In this document: in pieces, positions 25,801 through 40,800 of the stretch
Position numbering within the stretch: the first letter of the stretch is position 1
Layout of the letters: every line of letters starts with the position of its first letter
Source: Octopus sinensis
Lineage: Eukaryota
NCBI RefSeq assembly: GCF_006345805.1
Contig: NC_043005.1
Coordinates: 29,016,001 to 29,080,000, forward strand
Length of the DNA stretch: 64,000 nucleotides
Direction: 5' to 3'
Notes under the pieces: model-generated
The model's database searches: none
The model's input: the letters and a program-made list of their open reading frames with translations, nothing else
Told to the model about the DNA's origin: nothing
Made by a program: the position numbers and the translations under genes

Positions 25801-28800
25801 ACAGTAGTGTTAACAGTCTGAGATCATATTTATACAGAAATGTAATGTATATATTAGAGGAGAATTAAAAAAACCAAAAGAAGCAATCTATAAATGTATT
25901 CTTTTGTGTTGTCATGAGACTGTGATGTGGCTTAAAGGGCACCAACAGGTAAATCATTTTGAATACCCAAACATAGATGACAATACTTACCCCAAAAAAG
26001 ACATTGACCAAATTTGATTCTGAAGCTTTAAATTTCTTGTATTTTTCTGTGTATTTTACCAAAAGTCCAAACAGTTGAATGATCAGTTGTATACAAGTAT
26101 CATGGACACCGTTGTTGTTGTAGTACTCCCAAAATATGGTACCTAAAACAACAGAAACTTAGAACTGAGACATGAAACCATTAATGCTCCAAGTGAGATA
26201 TCACAAACAGACCGACAGAATTCCTGAGGTGTGACAATGACCAGATAAGATGACAGACAATGGAATGGGATGAGGGAAAGCAAATATACATGCATGTGTA
26301 CATGGAAATATAAATATACTAGTAAATGCAACAGTCCTTTGGACCGTTTAAGTTGCTTTGGTGGTATTTTTTTCAACCAAATAATTGAACTACCAAGAAG
26401 GTTTACGAGTAACACGGCAATCTATGTTTCCGATTAACACAGGAACAGAAAACCAAATTGAAGGCTGGTTATTGTGGAGGTCGTTGCACTCTGATCATAA
26501 AACATATAAGTTTGCAAGTGATGCAAAGTAGAGCTACTGAAGCGTTTTGAGAGTAGATTACGGATAATGACCACAAAATAAAGTTGTTTTACATAAAAGT
26601 GAAATTTCTTGTGATTGTTTAAAAGAAGCTAGAATGACAATGCTAAAACGTATTTGAAACAATGGACAACAGTCAAAATATCATAATGGATGAGTAATTA
26701 AGCATTGCTTAAAGTGAAACAATGCAGTGGTAGGTAAACAAAGGTATCAACAAATAGAAGAGAGGGAAGGGAACATCACTTTTGAAGTAACTCAGAATAG
26801 GTAAAGGTAAGCTTGCCAAAGTTTAATGCAGTTTAAATAGGGAGATTAACATTGTTTGGTATTGGATATTCATTATGTACAGTGTTTCTAGTCAATTTAA
26901 TCACTGTCGCAGGTGAACAGTTGAAATAAATAAATATAACATTCTCTAACTGAAACACTCAAACAATACACACCAATACACATATAAAAAATGTATAGAA
27001 AGTTATAAAACACAATTACAACATATAAATGAAAAACAAATAAAAAAAAATGTGAAAACCACTAAAAATATTCTCTAATGCCAATATACGACCATATACA
27101 GTAAAAAAGTAAGGAAGACCCTACAAAAAACTATGTACATACAATGAATTAGAGAAAAACCTGTGTAAACCACTGTTTTTCCTGGTTTGTCCATTTATGT
27201 GGGAGCTCTGGGCAAAATATAGTGCATGACCATCCTTGGGACATAAGTAATGTGTGTGTAAAGTTTGGTGAAAATCAGTTGAGAATTGAGGAAAAGTTTG
27301 TGTTAGTCAATATACACACACATAATGTGATTTATATATACTAAATAAATGCACACGCACACATATTTAGAGAGAGAGAGAGTGAGAGAGAAACATTAAA
27401 ATGTTTGATGTCGCCAAAATGTCTTTTGACAGAAAGACAGTCAGATAGAGATCTTGAGGTGTAATAGTGACTGGATTGAATGACAGACACAGACAGACAT
27501 ACATATGTGATAGTAAGTGAAAGAGACATAGATTACTGTGACATATTTAAGAAATTTATTTGTAACAATTGTTTATTTGCAATGTCTTCATATTCTTGCA
27601 ATAAAAAAACAAAATCTCTGATCCTACTCGACATGGTCTAACCATGGTTGAAGGCCCCAGAAGCAAATTAACAAGTGCTAAGGCCTGGAATGTGATGCAA
27701 ATCAGATGACTCAGACTTCAATAACAGCACTAATAATAATGATTTCTAACTTTGGCATCATGCAAGAAATGTTGGAGTAAGGATATTGTAAGTTTAGTCT
27801 ACCCAGGTATCTGATTGATTTTGGTAAAATTTGAAATCAAAATACAAAGAGATGTAAGAAAATACTGCAAGATATCCAAACTGGAACTCACAACAACACA
27901 AATAATAAGAATGCTTTCAAATTTTGACACAAGGCCAGCAGTTTTAGAGAGAAGGGATTAGTCAATTACATTGATCTCAGGGCTAAACTGGTTCTTATTT
28001 TATTGACGCCAAAATGATGAATGGTAAAGTCAACCTAGGCAGAATATGGACTTGGAAAGTAAAGAGCCAGAGGAAATGCTGCAAAGCACTTGGTTTGACA
28101 TGCTAATAAGCCTGCCAGCTCATTGCCTTGATAAATAATAATAATAACTCTAATTTTGGTAAAAGGCCAGCAATTATGTGGGCAGGAGATAGATGTGTGA
28201 AAAAGTGCCAATCCCTAGCGGTTGAGGGAACCCGTGGAAGAGGTAGACCCAGGAAAACCTGGGACAAGGTGGTGAAGCACAACCTTCGAACATTAGGCCT
28301 CACCAAGGCAATGACTAGTGACAGAGATCTTTGGAAATATGCTGTGCGCGAGAAGACTCGGCAGGACAAGTGAGTCCATCCCGTGTCCTTTGCCAGGGAT
28401 GTAGCCAGCCCACTTATGCATGCCTTTCCTTCCTTGGACACGCGAAGACCTGTTGAGGCAAGTGAAGTCGAAATTGAATTTGAAATCGAACCTCATCCGA
28501 CGACTGGCACCCATGCCAAACTCCCTTCATTGGACACTAAACTCTGCTTGTGAAGACCTGTTGGGCCAAGTGAAATCGGAATCGAAATTGAACCAATCCT
28601 ATGACTGGCACCCACCTGGCAGTTGCTATTGCCGCTGGACTAACTCCTGTGCAGGTGGCAAGTAAAGAAACACCGTTTCGACCCTGTGCTTGAGGAGACC
28701 TATTGAGTCAAGTACATCAACATCAAAATCAATGGAAATTGCAGTTGTGATCCCTGTGCCGGTGGCACGTAAAAAGCACCATCTGAACGTGGCCGATGCT

Positions 28801-31800
28801 AGCGCCGCCCTGACCGGCTTCTGTGCCGGTGGCACATAAAAAGAACCAATCCAATCATGGCTGTTGCCAGCCTTGCGTGGCACGTAAAAAGCACGCACTA
28901 CACTCACGGAGTGGTTGGCGTTAGGAAGAGCATCCAGCTGTAGAAACACTGCCAGATCAGACTGGAGCCTGGTGCAGCATTCTGGCTTCTCAGACCCCGG
29001 TCGAACTGCCCAACCCATGCTAGCATGGAAAACGGACATTAAACGATGATGATGATGATGAGACAAGTTGATTACAACAATCTCAGTACTTGACTGATAT
29101 ATATATTTTCAATCCTGAAGGATGAAAAGCAAGGTCAACTGCAGTGGAGTTTGAACTCAGAATGTAATGGGTTGGAAGAACAAATAGTACAAAGCATTTG
29201 GTCTGATGCTCTAACAATTCTGTTAGCTCATTGCTGCAATAATAATAATAATAATAACAAATGCCCTGATGCAGTACCAGGCAGTGGCTCTCGTGGCTTC
29301 TGATCTTAACTGATTGGAAACGTTATAATGTATATTGTTTTGTCTTGGTATAAAAGATAGGCTGCAGCAAACATTCTGCTCAATACCACAGATTTGCTTG
29401 TCAGTTGTTTGACCATGTCCCTTAGTGGCTGACGATATGTGCATCTCTGATCACGAGCAGAAGTAGTGGGGGAGCATCATAGCTGTGTGTTGAAAGGAAT
29501 TCTTGGAGGTTTGGATAATTCACCATTGGAAACATGGGTGGTTCGTTTAACATCCTTAAACAATCCTTATTCAGAGGCCTTTTGAGTGGTTGGGCTACTT
29601 GACTAGAAGAAAATTCTAACTGGGCTCCACCTGCAAGGTCATGCGCTGTTTATCTTGATATGAGATCACCATGTCGCGCACATATGGTTGTGCCGGTGTA
29701 CCCTTATCAGACGGGTAGTCATGATGGGTATACTGAGCTTCGTATATTTTACCCCAGTGTCACTTTGATGGCATACACTGCTCTCTCACTCAATAATAAT
29801 AATAATAATAATGCCTTCTACTATAGGCATGAGGCCTGAAATTTTGGGGGAGAGGGAGAGTTGATTACATTGACCCCCAGCGTGTAACTGGTACTTAATT
29901 TTTCAACCCTGAAAAGTTGAAAGGCAAAGTCAACCTTGGTAGAATTTGAATTCAGAACATAGTGACAGGTGAAATACCACTAAGCATTTCATCGAACGTG
30001 CTAACCTTAATAATGATAATAATAATGCCCCAAGTGTTGGGAAGACACTTGGCAGGAAATAGAAACAAAATTGAAAGCAGAAAAATAACAAAGACAATAA
30101 TAATAATAATCGGCTGGATTTATGTGGGTAGCGGGTTAGTGCTTGAAACCATAGGTATCTGTACGTTTAGAGTTCCAAGGTTACATGTAGTAACCTGCTA
30201 TCCACATAAATCCAAACAGGAATAAGACCGAACCTGAGCCAAAACCAAAATATTAATAATATTAGTTTCAAATTTCAGCACAGGGCCAGCAATTTTGTGG
30301 TAGGGGATATCGATTACACTGACCTCAACTGGTTCTTATTTTATTGATTCTAGAAGGATCGAAACTCAAATATTTAAGATCAATATTATCAAATATCAAA
30401 AAGTGAGAAACCAGAAGGTATTTTGGTACCTTAATAATAATTACCTTTTGTTAAGGAATCGACTATTGTCAGAGAATCAATGAATTTTTCCAAAAATACT
30501 GCACAATGTCTGACCTGTGCATCTTTGTCCATGCCAACTGAACCTTGTCTCAAGACAATTTCTTCATGAAATGACTTCTTTCCAGCAATTTGTTTCTGAA
30601 AGAAGTGGAAAAGCATCAAGAATTTCAAAATAACAGAATGCTTTAAAGAAAGAGAAACTGTTTCTCTATTGACAGACCAGGTGGAGCTGGGCATAACAGA
30701 AGCTATGGTGGTAACATGTAATTAGGTTTACAACAATCTGTAGAACAACTTCACAGTCACAACTGTCTCAAATGTAATTTTGCAACGAAAGATCCAAACA
30801 AGTGTAGAGTTCAATTCTGGTTGGTGCTTTAAAGGCAGAACGGCTCATCTAAGTCATTTTTGGAAAGTTACAACAGACCCTTTGTTTATATAATACAGTT
30901 GGAATATTTATAAAGATTGAAAATGGAGGCTTGTGAATGGATTTGGTACAGAGAAACTGTACGGAAATCCCTCTTATAAATATATGTATATATACATTTA
31001 TTATATTCTTCATTGAACATTTACTTTGATATTATCTATCTCTGACATTGAATTTTATGTGAACATTTGATCATTTAAATATGTTTGTTTGATTTCTACT
31101 TTGTAATTTTAAACTCTGTTAAATTACCATTGTTTTATATACGTTTATACCATTGATAAACAAAAAGTTGTTAAAACTAGTTAGGCATGTATGTAAATAA
31201 ATCTATTTAAAAACAACTACAAGTTTTTCAAAAACAAATCCTCCTGTATTTTTCCTGCATGGGAATACATCTCTTCTTCCCATATATATATATATATCAT
31301 CATCATCATCACAGTTTAACGTCTGCTTTCCATGTTGGCAGATCAGTAGGCCGCAGCAGGCTGCAATCTAATCTGGTAAAGTTTCTACAGCTGGATGTCC
31401 TTCCTAGCACCAACCACTCCAAGAGTGTAATGGGTGATTTTTATGTGTCACTGGAAAGAAAGCCAGTCAGGTGGCACTGGCATTGACCAGTTTGGACGGT
31501 ACTTTTTACGTGCCACTGGCATGGAAGCCAGTCAAGGATATATATATATATAAGTATATACTTGTGTGTGTGTATGTGCATACATATATTTGACATCATG
31601 GTTTAAACAAGCATCACCTCCATATAAGCAAAGTGGTTTGTTTCTAGTTTTCCACGAAGGACATCTGGCCATGGGGAAATATCTTGTTTGGAAGCAGGTG
31701 AGAGTTGACAGCAGGAAGGACATCCAACTGTAAAAAAAATTTGCCTCAAGAAATTTTGTTTGACCCATGAAAAGAGAGAAAAGTGGAAATGAAATGATGA

Positions 31801-34800
31801 TAACAGAAATATTTGTGTAGATGAGAATATAGATAATACAACATAGGTTTACCTTTGTCAGAATTTCTTTTATAATTTTAATTGTACATAAGCACAGGTC
31901 AAATGTTGATTTGAAGTGTTTGTCAAGTTGTTGATAGAGGAATGAGAACATTTCTAACATAAAACACAGGAAGCAAGCTCTGCGAGGAGACTGGTTTGGT
32001 AAAGAATCTAGAAACATATTGAACTGGAAGAGACAAATATAGAATTAGAAAACATTTAGGTAGTATTTGAAAAATTGCTAACAGATCAAAATATGAAATC
32101 TGAAAGATTTATAAGGAAATACCGAAATATTTTCAACACTCATTTTACTCTATTTCAAAATCTACAGAAAAACACAAATTTGAGGCTGAAGTGAAAGTGT
32201 GGCTGAGTGGTCAAGTTAAGAAGTTTACTTCCCAGCCACATGGTTTCAGGTTCAGTCTCGGTGCATGACACTTTGGGCAAGTGTCTGTTAATATAACCTC
32301 AGGCTGAACAAAGCCATGTGAGTGGATATAGTAGAAAGAAACTGAAAGAGGCTCTCCATTAAGTGTGCATACATTAAATAGTTTATGAGTTAGCTTTGAC
32401 CACCAGCAACATGTCCTGTACTGCTGTTGTGGTCAGATCAGCTCAAGATGGTGCATGTGTTTGTGTGAGACAGCGACTTTTTTAAAGAGCAGCATGTCTT
32501 GCATCTAAGCCACCACATCACAAAACAAAAAACATCACTGACAGCCATTACCATACATCAGAAAGTCAAACCCCCCACATCATATCTCAACCACCTCCAC
32601 CATACGCACGCACACACACTCCCCTACCATCATATAACAGAAAGCAACTTCCAGTCTGTTAGATATAGAAACTAAATCTTTCTCAACTCACACCCTGTTG
32701 ATTTACAAAAGAAAGAACATGCTGAACAATGTAAAGATGTGATGGTCATGGTTAGAACATCTTTGATCACAAGTGACCAGGAGTTAAACAACAATTAACT
32801 GATACAATCAATACTTACAGTGCTCAGTGCTTTATGAGCAGGAACCTCTAATATTCTCCGTGATATGATTTCAATGAGAAATTGTCTTGGATTGCCAGAC
32901 ACTAGAATTTCAGGAAAATAAAAGGTTTTATGTAGAATGTACACCATGAAAAATGGAAGAAGAGAAAAATAAAGGGAAAGAGAATGTTTAGTATGTATGT
33001 GGGCAAATGTTTTCTTCTATAGACCTAGTTTGACTAAATCTTGTGAATGGATTTGGTAAATGGAAACAAATATGGATGCAAGTGTGTGTGTGTGTGTGTG
33101 TATGCATATCTTTGTTTACATTTGAAATTGTCTGAATTGTTGGAAACTGATAAAACAGGAAGATTATCATCCCAAAGGTGATACAATAAGCTGTGTGAGT
33201 GAGTTGCAGATTGAGTAAATATGTCTGCAAGAGAACAGACAATGCAATTAATTACACACATCTACAAACATTAAAAACAAAAATTTTACACTTACATTCT
33301 TTGGGGAAAGAATTCTGAGCAGCAAAAGGACTAGAAATAATTATTTTGAAGAGACTCTCGTCAACAGTTGTCATGTGTAAGATGTATGGTGCCAGTACGG
33401 CTATTATCTCTGGATAGAGATCCACATCGTTACAGAGGAGTAAAATCTCGATAGCAGGGATCTTAAGGGATTTCCTACAAAATAACAAATAAAGATTATT
33501 TCAGCAAACATTACAGAAGGAAGCAAAGTTAGTTAGCTTAAAGCCTTCCCAACTTCTGCATCTTTTATTTCTCAAGTTTACAAGTCACAAATTTTATACA
33601 ATTCAATGCAAATTACTAACATACCAGCAGTACTTAGCTTTCATACTAAAGCTTATTATGGAGTATACTGAAAGAATTTAGCTGTCACTGTGTAAATTAA
33701 ATAAATTTACCAGCAAGGCTGTGGGGGTTAAGAAGCTTACTTTGCAACCACACGGTTCTGGGTTCAATCCCACTTAAGCAAGTGTCATCTATAACAATAC
33801 GTTGTGAGTGAATTTTGTAGATGGAAACTGTGATGAAGCCTATCATATGTATATACATGTGTGTGTATGTGTGTCTTTGTGTTTGTTCTCAACACCACCA
33901 CTTGACAGCTGGTGTTGGTTTGTTTAGTCCCTGTAACTTAGCAGTTCAGCAAAAGAGACTGTTAGACTATGTACAGACGTCAAAATAAGTCCTGGGGTCA
34001 ATTTGTTCAACTCAAGGTGGTGCCCCAGCATGGTCACAGTCTGATGACTAGAACAAGCAGAAGAAAAGGAAAAGAACAAAGAAAGATAAAATAGATAATT
34101 ACTGCTAAAGTCATAAAAATAGCTGAAAATAGCCTCATTCCATCAGTTGTGTTTATTATGTCCACAACAAAATTCTACGACAGATGTTTCCATCTTTTCT
34201 ATGCTTTTGGTAAATTCATTTAGTTTCTGAACACAATGATGGCTAATATAATGTAACATTGAAACCTATGTTTTACAGAAAAAAGGGTATTTTTCAAAAG
34301 TAGTGACTAGGAGGTATTTCTGAATAAGTAATCTCTGTAAGATGAGATCTTCTTGGCATCTTGATGCCTACTTAAATATCTATCTAAATTACATTTGTAA
34401 GGAAGATTTGTCACAGCTGTATATTTCTCCAGTTACGATTGTATCAGTGCTTCTATCATTTGTATCTACCCTTTAGTCTAACTTGTGATTTACAAACAAA
34501 TATCTACAACAGTCAAATGTGTTGCTTTAGACATACAGCAACCAGATACACGTAGTGAACACACACAAACAGAAGTAGTTGTTTAAAAAGTACTTTATTA
34601 CAACAACAACAACAGTAAATTGTGACCTACCACTCTGATTCAGTGTCCGTCTTGAGAAGAATCTTTTTAATAGCTTCAATCAGTGATTTACCATCTAACA
34701 ATTGCCAGAGTTTCTGAAAGAAAACCAAAATGAATATACATTATCATTACCAGAACACAAATGGTTACAGGATTTATGTGTAGTTACCTTGTATCCTTGG

Positions 34801-37800
34801 TGATGGTCACCTCAATGATACCATGATGTTAAAGTCCTCTCCACCTCCCTCTGCACATCACCATAATCAATTAAAAGACCACAAACCTCTACACTTACAT
34901 GCTTTAATTCAGTCACTGCCTCCACCACTTTTGGTACATCATCAGCAAGACGCAGCAACAAAGCTTCTTCATAGAAACTGGTGTCATCAGGCTGAAGCAA
35001 ACGAGAAATTAACGAATGAATGCATACAGAAGGGATGATGAGAGACGGAATGAATTAATGAACTGATTGGGAAACATTGTAATAGATGTTATGTATCTCT
35101 CTTTCTTTCTTTGTGTGTATAAGGGTGGGGGATGAGGCTAAGTTTGCATCTGAACCACATGATTTCAGGTTCAGTCCCATGGTGTGGCACCTTGGGCAAA
35201 GATCATTTATCATTAAAGCTGTGTCTGTGCATTGGATAGATGGAAACTGACAGAAGCTCAGTGTGTGCGTGTAATTATAAATATATATATTTATTATTAC
35301 ACATTTATTTTTGTCTTGCAAGTACTTGTTGACCCTGTCAGTGCAGGTGCCACTTAAAAGCACCCAGTCCATACTGTAAAGTGGTTGGTGTTTGGAAGGG
35401 CATCCAGCCGTAAAAACCTTGCCTGTGCCATGTAAAAAGCACTAAGTTCACTCTACTGAGTGGTTGGTATTAGGAAGGGCATCCAGCTGTAAAAATCCTG
35501 CCAAAACAGTCACAGAAGTCTGATGCTGGCTTCTGCCTGGCTGGCTCTTGTGAAACTGTCCCACCCATGTTAGCATGGAAAGCAGACATTAAACGACGAT
35601 GATGATGATACATATGTATCTCCAACTAGTAATCATTTCACAGAAAATTTGAAAGCTTTGCCTTGACCAGAAACATGAGACAATGGTTAAACTAAGAGTT
35701 TAATTTATGCATCTATGTTCAATAGTTTAGTATCCTAACTTCACACATAACCACAATTTGCTCAGTAATACAGAACCTTCATTACACCACTTTTCTCTCA
35801 TGCTATCCAATGGCACTTTACTTATCAACCATTCTTCATCCATTAATATAGTTCTCCATATCCACAACCATCTCCTCAAACATTACTCCCATCTTGCGCA
35901 GCCCACCCAAACACATCATCAGTGTCCTTCCACAGTCAATTGCATCTGCTGCTGACATCCCTCTCGCCTCCCACTACTTGTGCATCCCTCCCCCCAGCCT
36001 TCACAAATCTTTACCAACTTCCTCCTTTCCCATTTCCCCCACCTCTTCATCCCCACCCCACTTTTACTCATTTTGTACCTTCAGGTGCCACCAGGACACA
36101 TCACCATTATCTATCTCTTTGGAGATACTACCAATTCTTTCACTTTCTCACTCTTAAATGTAAGTAGCCATGTAGTTCCTCTACAAGAACCTGCTCTGCC
36201 CTAACCTATTCCCTCATACCCTCTTTCGTCTAATATAAGGACCCCCCCCCCCAAGGTTTTGTTCACTCACAAGCCATATGGCAACCCCAATGGTGCAAGT
36301 GGCACAAAAATGCACCCTGAACACTGTGTAAAGTGGTTGGCACTAGGAAGGGCATTAAGCTGTACAAGCCCTGCCAAAGCAGATACTGGAACACAATGAT
36401 CTTTGGACCCATCAGATCTTTGTCAAACCAACCAATCCCTGCCAGCATGAAACATGGACACCAAATGATGATGGTGATGATGATGATGATTACTATATAT
36501 TTACCACATTGACTTTTTCACTTTTAAGAAAAGAGATGGCTTGAATCCGGAATTCTGCTAAAGGATGGTACAGACTAGTTGTAAGACTTGCTCCAGTTCC
36601 GCGTAGAAGTTTATGTTGAGCAGACTCTAATGAATAATTAAGAAGATTAAAGATGATCTTTTTGGATTTCGAGGTTTTGTGGCTCTCCATGTAACTCTGT
36701 ATAGCTTCATCCAATGCTACTGCATGTCTGAAAGAAAACAATTAAGAAACTGTCAAGATATTTACACTGAGTCAACAAATACATTAATGTTACTGTATTT
36801 TACAGCATGGTGGATGCTGCAATGTGGAAGACACACTTTAATTTTGGAAAAGCAATTGTAGAAAAATGTTGTATACTTACCAAAGCCTTGTCTCCATAAT
36901 TGGGTGAGTGACTAATGAGCACAATCTCTTTCGTCTGATGAATAAATCAGCAGAGTGCTCATGTCCACCATTACTGCATGAAATCACCAGACAATGACCA
37001 GCCCTCCAGTTGTTTGCTGGTCAGTATTATTGTAGCAGATAACATTATTTCCTAATTTTTATTGTGCTGTGATTATTTCTGTGATACACCATGGTGATCA
37101 TACCACACTCATATATATATATATACATATACACACACATGATGGGCTTCTTTCAGTTTCCACCTAACAAATCCACTCAGAAAGCTTTGGTTGGCCTAGA
37201 GCTATCGTAGAAGAAACTTGCCCAAGGTGCTATGCAGAGGAACTGAACCTGGAACCATGTAGTTGGGAAGCATACTTCTTACCACAGCCATGCCTGCACC
37301 TACATATGTGTGTGTGTATAACAGTATACAAAGTGTGGGTCATCAACCTGCATTAATCACAACCTTGCACTTTGTACATGATGTAGTCTGTCACCATTAC
37401 TGATCAAATGGTTCAGTAAGGCCCTCAGATCTGGGCAACATAAGGTCTGCTTATGTGCAGCAATGTTCCATGCCATCAACGGTGGTTTCCCTGATGGCCT
37501 GGAAAAGATGAGCAAACTCGACTGCTTAAAGGAAGTAGAAGTTAGAACAGGTTTTCCATAGGTGAACCTAAAGAAGGATGATTTACCATTTTATCTCACC
37601 CATGACTGCTCTTCAGTCAACAACCACTTCTTGCTATAACAGTACAAGAGTATATATAAGCCTCTGCTCAGTATATTATATCTAACAACAATAAACAATA
37701 TATCTAACCTCTACTCACTATATAACCTTACAAACAATTCACTGTTTATGTGAATAAATATTGCTGTACAACAAACGTGATAGTTCTAGGTTCTAATTTT

Positions 37801-40800
37801 ACTATAGAAGTTGTTTTTTTTATGTCAAAGTACTTGACAATTTTCCTCGGTCTGCCTGACTGAAAACATATTTTACTCTAGGTGACATGGAGATGGTTAA
37901 ATTTACAAAACTAAACTAATCTAAGCTAATAGAATAAAGTAAATGCTACATAAATAAACTAAATGTGCATTCGTGCACTAATAATGCAAATGAAGAAATG
38001 TCTTACTTTGCTTCCAATACACGCATGATCTCACAAACGTTGACCTGGAATTGCTCTCTGTGATGATGTTTTATCTCAATGGCACGTTCCACATAGACTC
38101 TAATGACACACCTGTAAAGGGAAACAATACTTTAAATTCAAGAACAACTTATATATGATCAAACAAATAAGAGTTTCAATCATTTCTCTATCCTTTTTAG
38201 GTTTCAAAGAACAAAACTAGTTAACAGCTTCTAAAACTTCATGAAATTTCTTTCATGCAAAGCAAAGCATTCTCTCTTGCCCTGATTCACCCAGCTTTGC
38301 AACTCAATCTTAGATGACAATGCTACCAATCCAGGAACCTTCCAGTGATGATAGGTACTAAGTTAATCTAGTTTTGTCTCAAACTAGATCAACCTGATAC
38401 CTATCATTGTCAGACCAGAGTAATCCATTTATTTCACATAACCATCAATAACATTTGATCGGAACAAAAGTTCATGCTGTTTTATAAGTAAAATTCCAAA
38501 ACAAAATTTAGATATATGTACATATAGGCACAGGAGTGGCTGTATGGTAAGTAGCTTGCTTCCCAACTGCACATATCTGGTTTGCCGTTTGCATAGGTTT
38601 TTTAATCTTTCTAGATACAAAAGAGAGTCAAATGATGACTATGCATTTTATTTTCCTCTATTTTCACTTTTAATGTAAAAACAGTAGAAATAAACTCTCC
38701 ACATAGTAACTGTATAAAAAGACGTTAAAATGTCACCTTTGAATGTCCTCATTCGAAAAACACATAGATAAATGTAAAAATACCAACAAACAAATAAAAG
38801 TCACTATTGAAGTCAATGATAGAAATCTTAGGAATTAAGGAAGCTTTGATTATCTATAAATTAAACCCACAAATAAATAATAGATTGGAGCTGGGCATGC
38901 AATACATAACATGATATACACACAGGCACATTTGCTACATATTAGAAAAGAGGTCATGAAAATTGATTTGTGCAGAGATAAGTTAATAATTGACGTCACT
39001 AACATTCACAAAGAGAAATGCTTGAAAATTCAAATATAATCATAAAATTATTTTATCTCTGACAAAAAACCTCTAACCAAAGACAGTTCCTTTTTAACCC
39101 TGAAGAAGGGATTTGTATGTCCTGAAATATTGGATACACATAAGAACAAAGATTACCAGTTACTTTTAGTTTACGTTACCTCATCTTAAAATCTATTTGC
39201 ATTGTTTGGCCTTTTACATTTTTCAACATAATATTCCATATACGATGCTTCAAGCAAACTATAAAATTATATATATATATATATAAGTAATATCATCATC
39301 ATCATTTAGCGTCTGTTCTCCATGCTAGCATGGGTTGGACGGTTCAACTGGGGTCTGTGAAGCTGGAAGGCTTCATCAGGCCCAGTCAGATCTGGCAGTG
39401 TTTCTACGGCTGGATGCCCTTCCTAACGCCAACCACTCCGTGAGTGTAGTGGGTGCTTTTTACGTGCCAATATATATATGCATATAAACATACGTGGGCA
39501 CAGGATGTCATGAAACATGTACAGCAAAAAAATATGAAGTACGAGTACATGGAATATGAACTATTTTTTCATACAACGAAAGACACAAATGGAAAACAAG
39601 ACAAACAACATAAGAACGACCCTTCATCAGTTGTTAGCTGTTTTTCTATCTATCTATCTATATATACATTTACACAATATACAGCAAAGTTTAAGACTAT
39701 TACACACACACACATATACACACAAAATGCATGTCAACCAAAACCACTTCAATAAACACACATATGTACATATATATATACATGCACATGGAACCTATAC
39801 TCACAATGCAACTTCACCGGATGTTGACGAGTTCAAGGGGATATAACGCAGGATATCAGTAAGAACACTCTTAAATGGAGTGCTTAGTGCAGAAATACTT
39901 CCATCAGAACTTTCTGCAGAACTGGACAATTTCAGGCAGTTTGATAATGCTTTTGGCACCAAGTTCTGGAATAATGCCATCAGGAAGTTATCAAGTTTGT
40001 AATCTTTGCCAATTTTCTCAAGAACTGGTACTAATTGCTGATGATTGACCAAATACCTACAAATTCTGAAAGTAAGCACAGTTTCAACATCATTAAGTAT
40101 TATGGATTGGCTGGCTTTAAACAGGAAGATGTCAAGGGAAAATAGCTGTTAAAACATAAAAATACTAGTATTATGTCAAAGGAAGAAAAAAAAGGGCAAC
40201 AAAGGATCATTTCAAATTTTTATTAGAATCATATGTTACTGGAGACTTGAAACTTGAGCCATGCTCCAAGGAAGCATACTGGTTTCATTTCTTCCTAGTC
40301 TCCTCTGAGTTCAAGGTCCATGTCTCACTACCATATGCAAACACAATCTACGTTTCATTGTAAGGGAATAAAACTTTGTTGTCAGCAGCACTAGTAGCTC
40401 CCTAAACATCCTCCAAACCTATTCTTACTCTGGCTATTATACTCTCAGAGCAACCACCTCCCTTGCTAATTACCACTCCCCAAGTAACAAAAGCCATCAA
40501 CTATTTCTAGTGAACCGTCAAGGCGTTCAAGGGAGGCTACTCCTGGTGTTTTAGAAGAACATGCTGCTCCAGTGCATCTACCACATATGAAGCTTATAAC
40601 CTTTGCTAGTCTACTTGTGTCTCCATTGGGTATAACATATTTATATTCCCTACATAACTGTCCAACCCATGTCAGCAACGAGAGTGAATGTAAAATGATG
40701 ATGAAGCATGTTGTGACTAGTGAAGGGTTTGGGAGGGGACACAGTAAGTGTGAAGATTAGGCTTGTGGGGAGAAGGCATGCGGGTAGCAACTCTGATGTG

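Noticed and set aside
26290-26640. Open frames ([10 protein letters not shown]..., ECNDLHNN...) that looked like an extra HEATR1 exon
   Set aside because: Exon 15 splices in phase directly to 26142, with better similarity to recalled orthologues (KG-TIFW). No convincing donor/acceptor pair exists here.
28640-28900. CRISPR-like repeat/spacer appearance
   Set aside because: Eukaryotic LINE UTR, irregular spacing, degenerate repeats and no cas genes.
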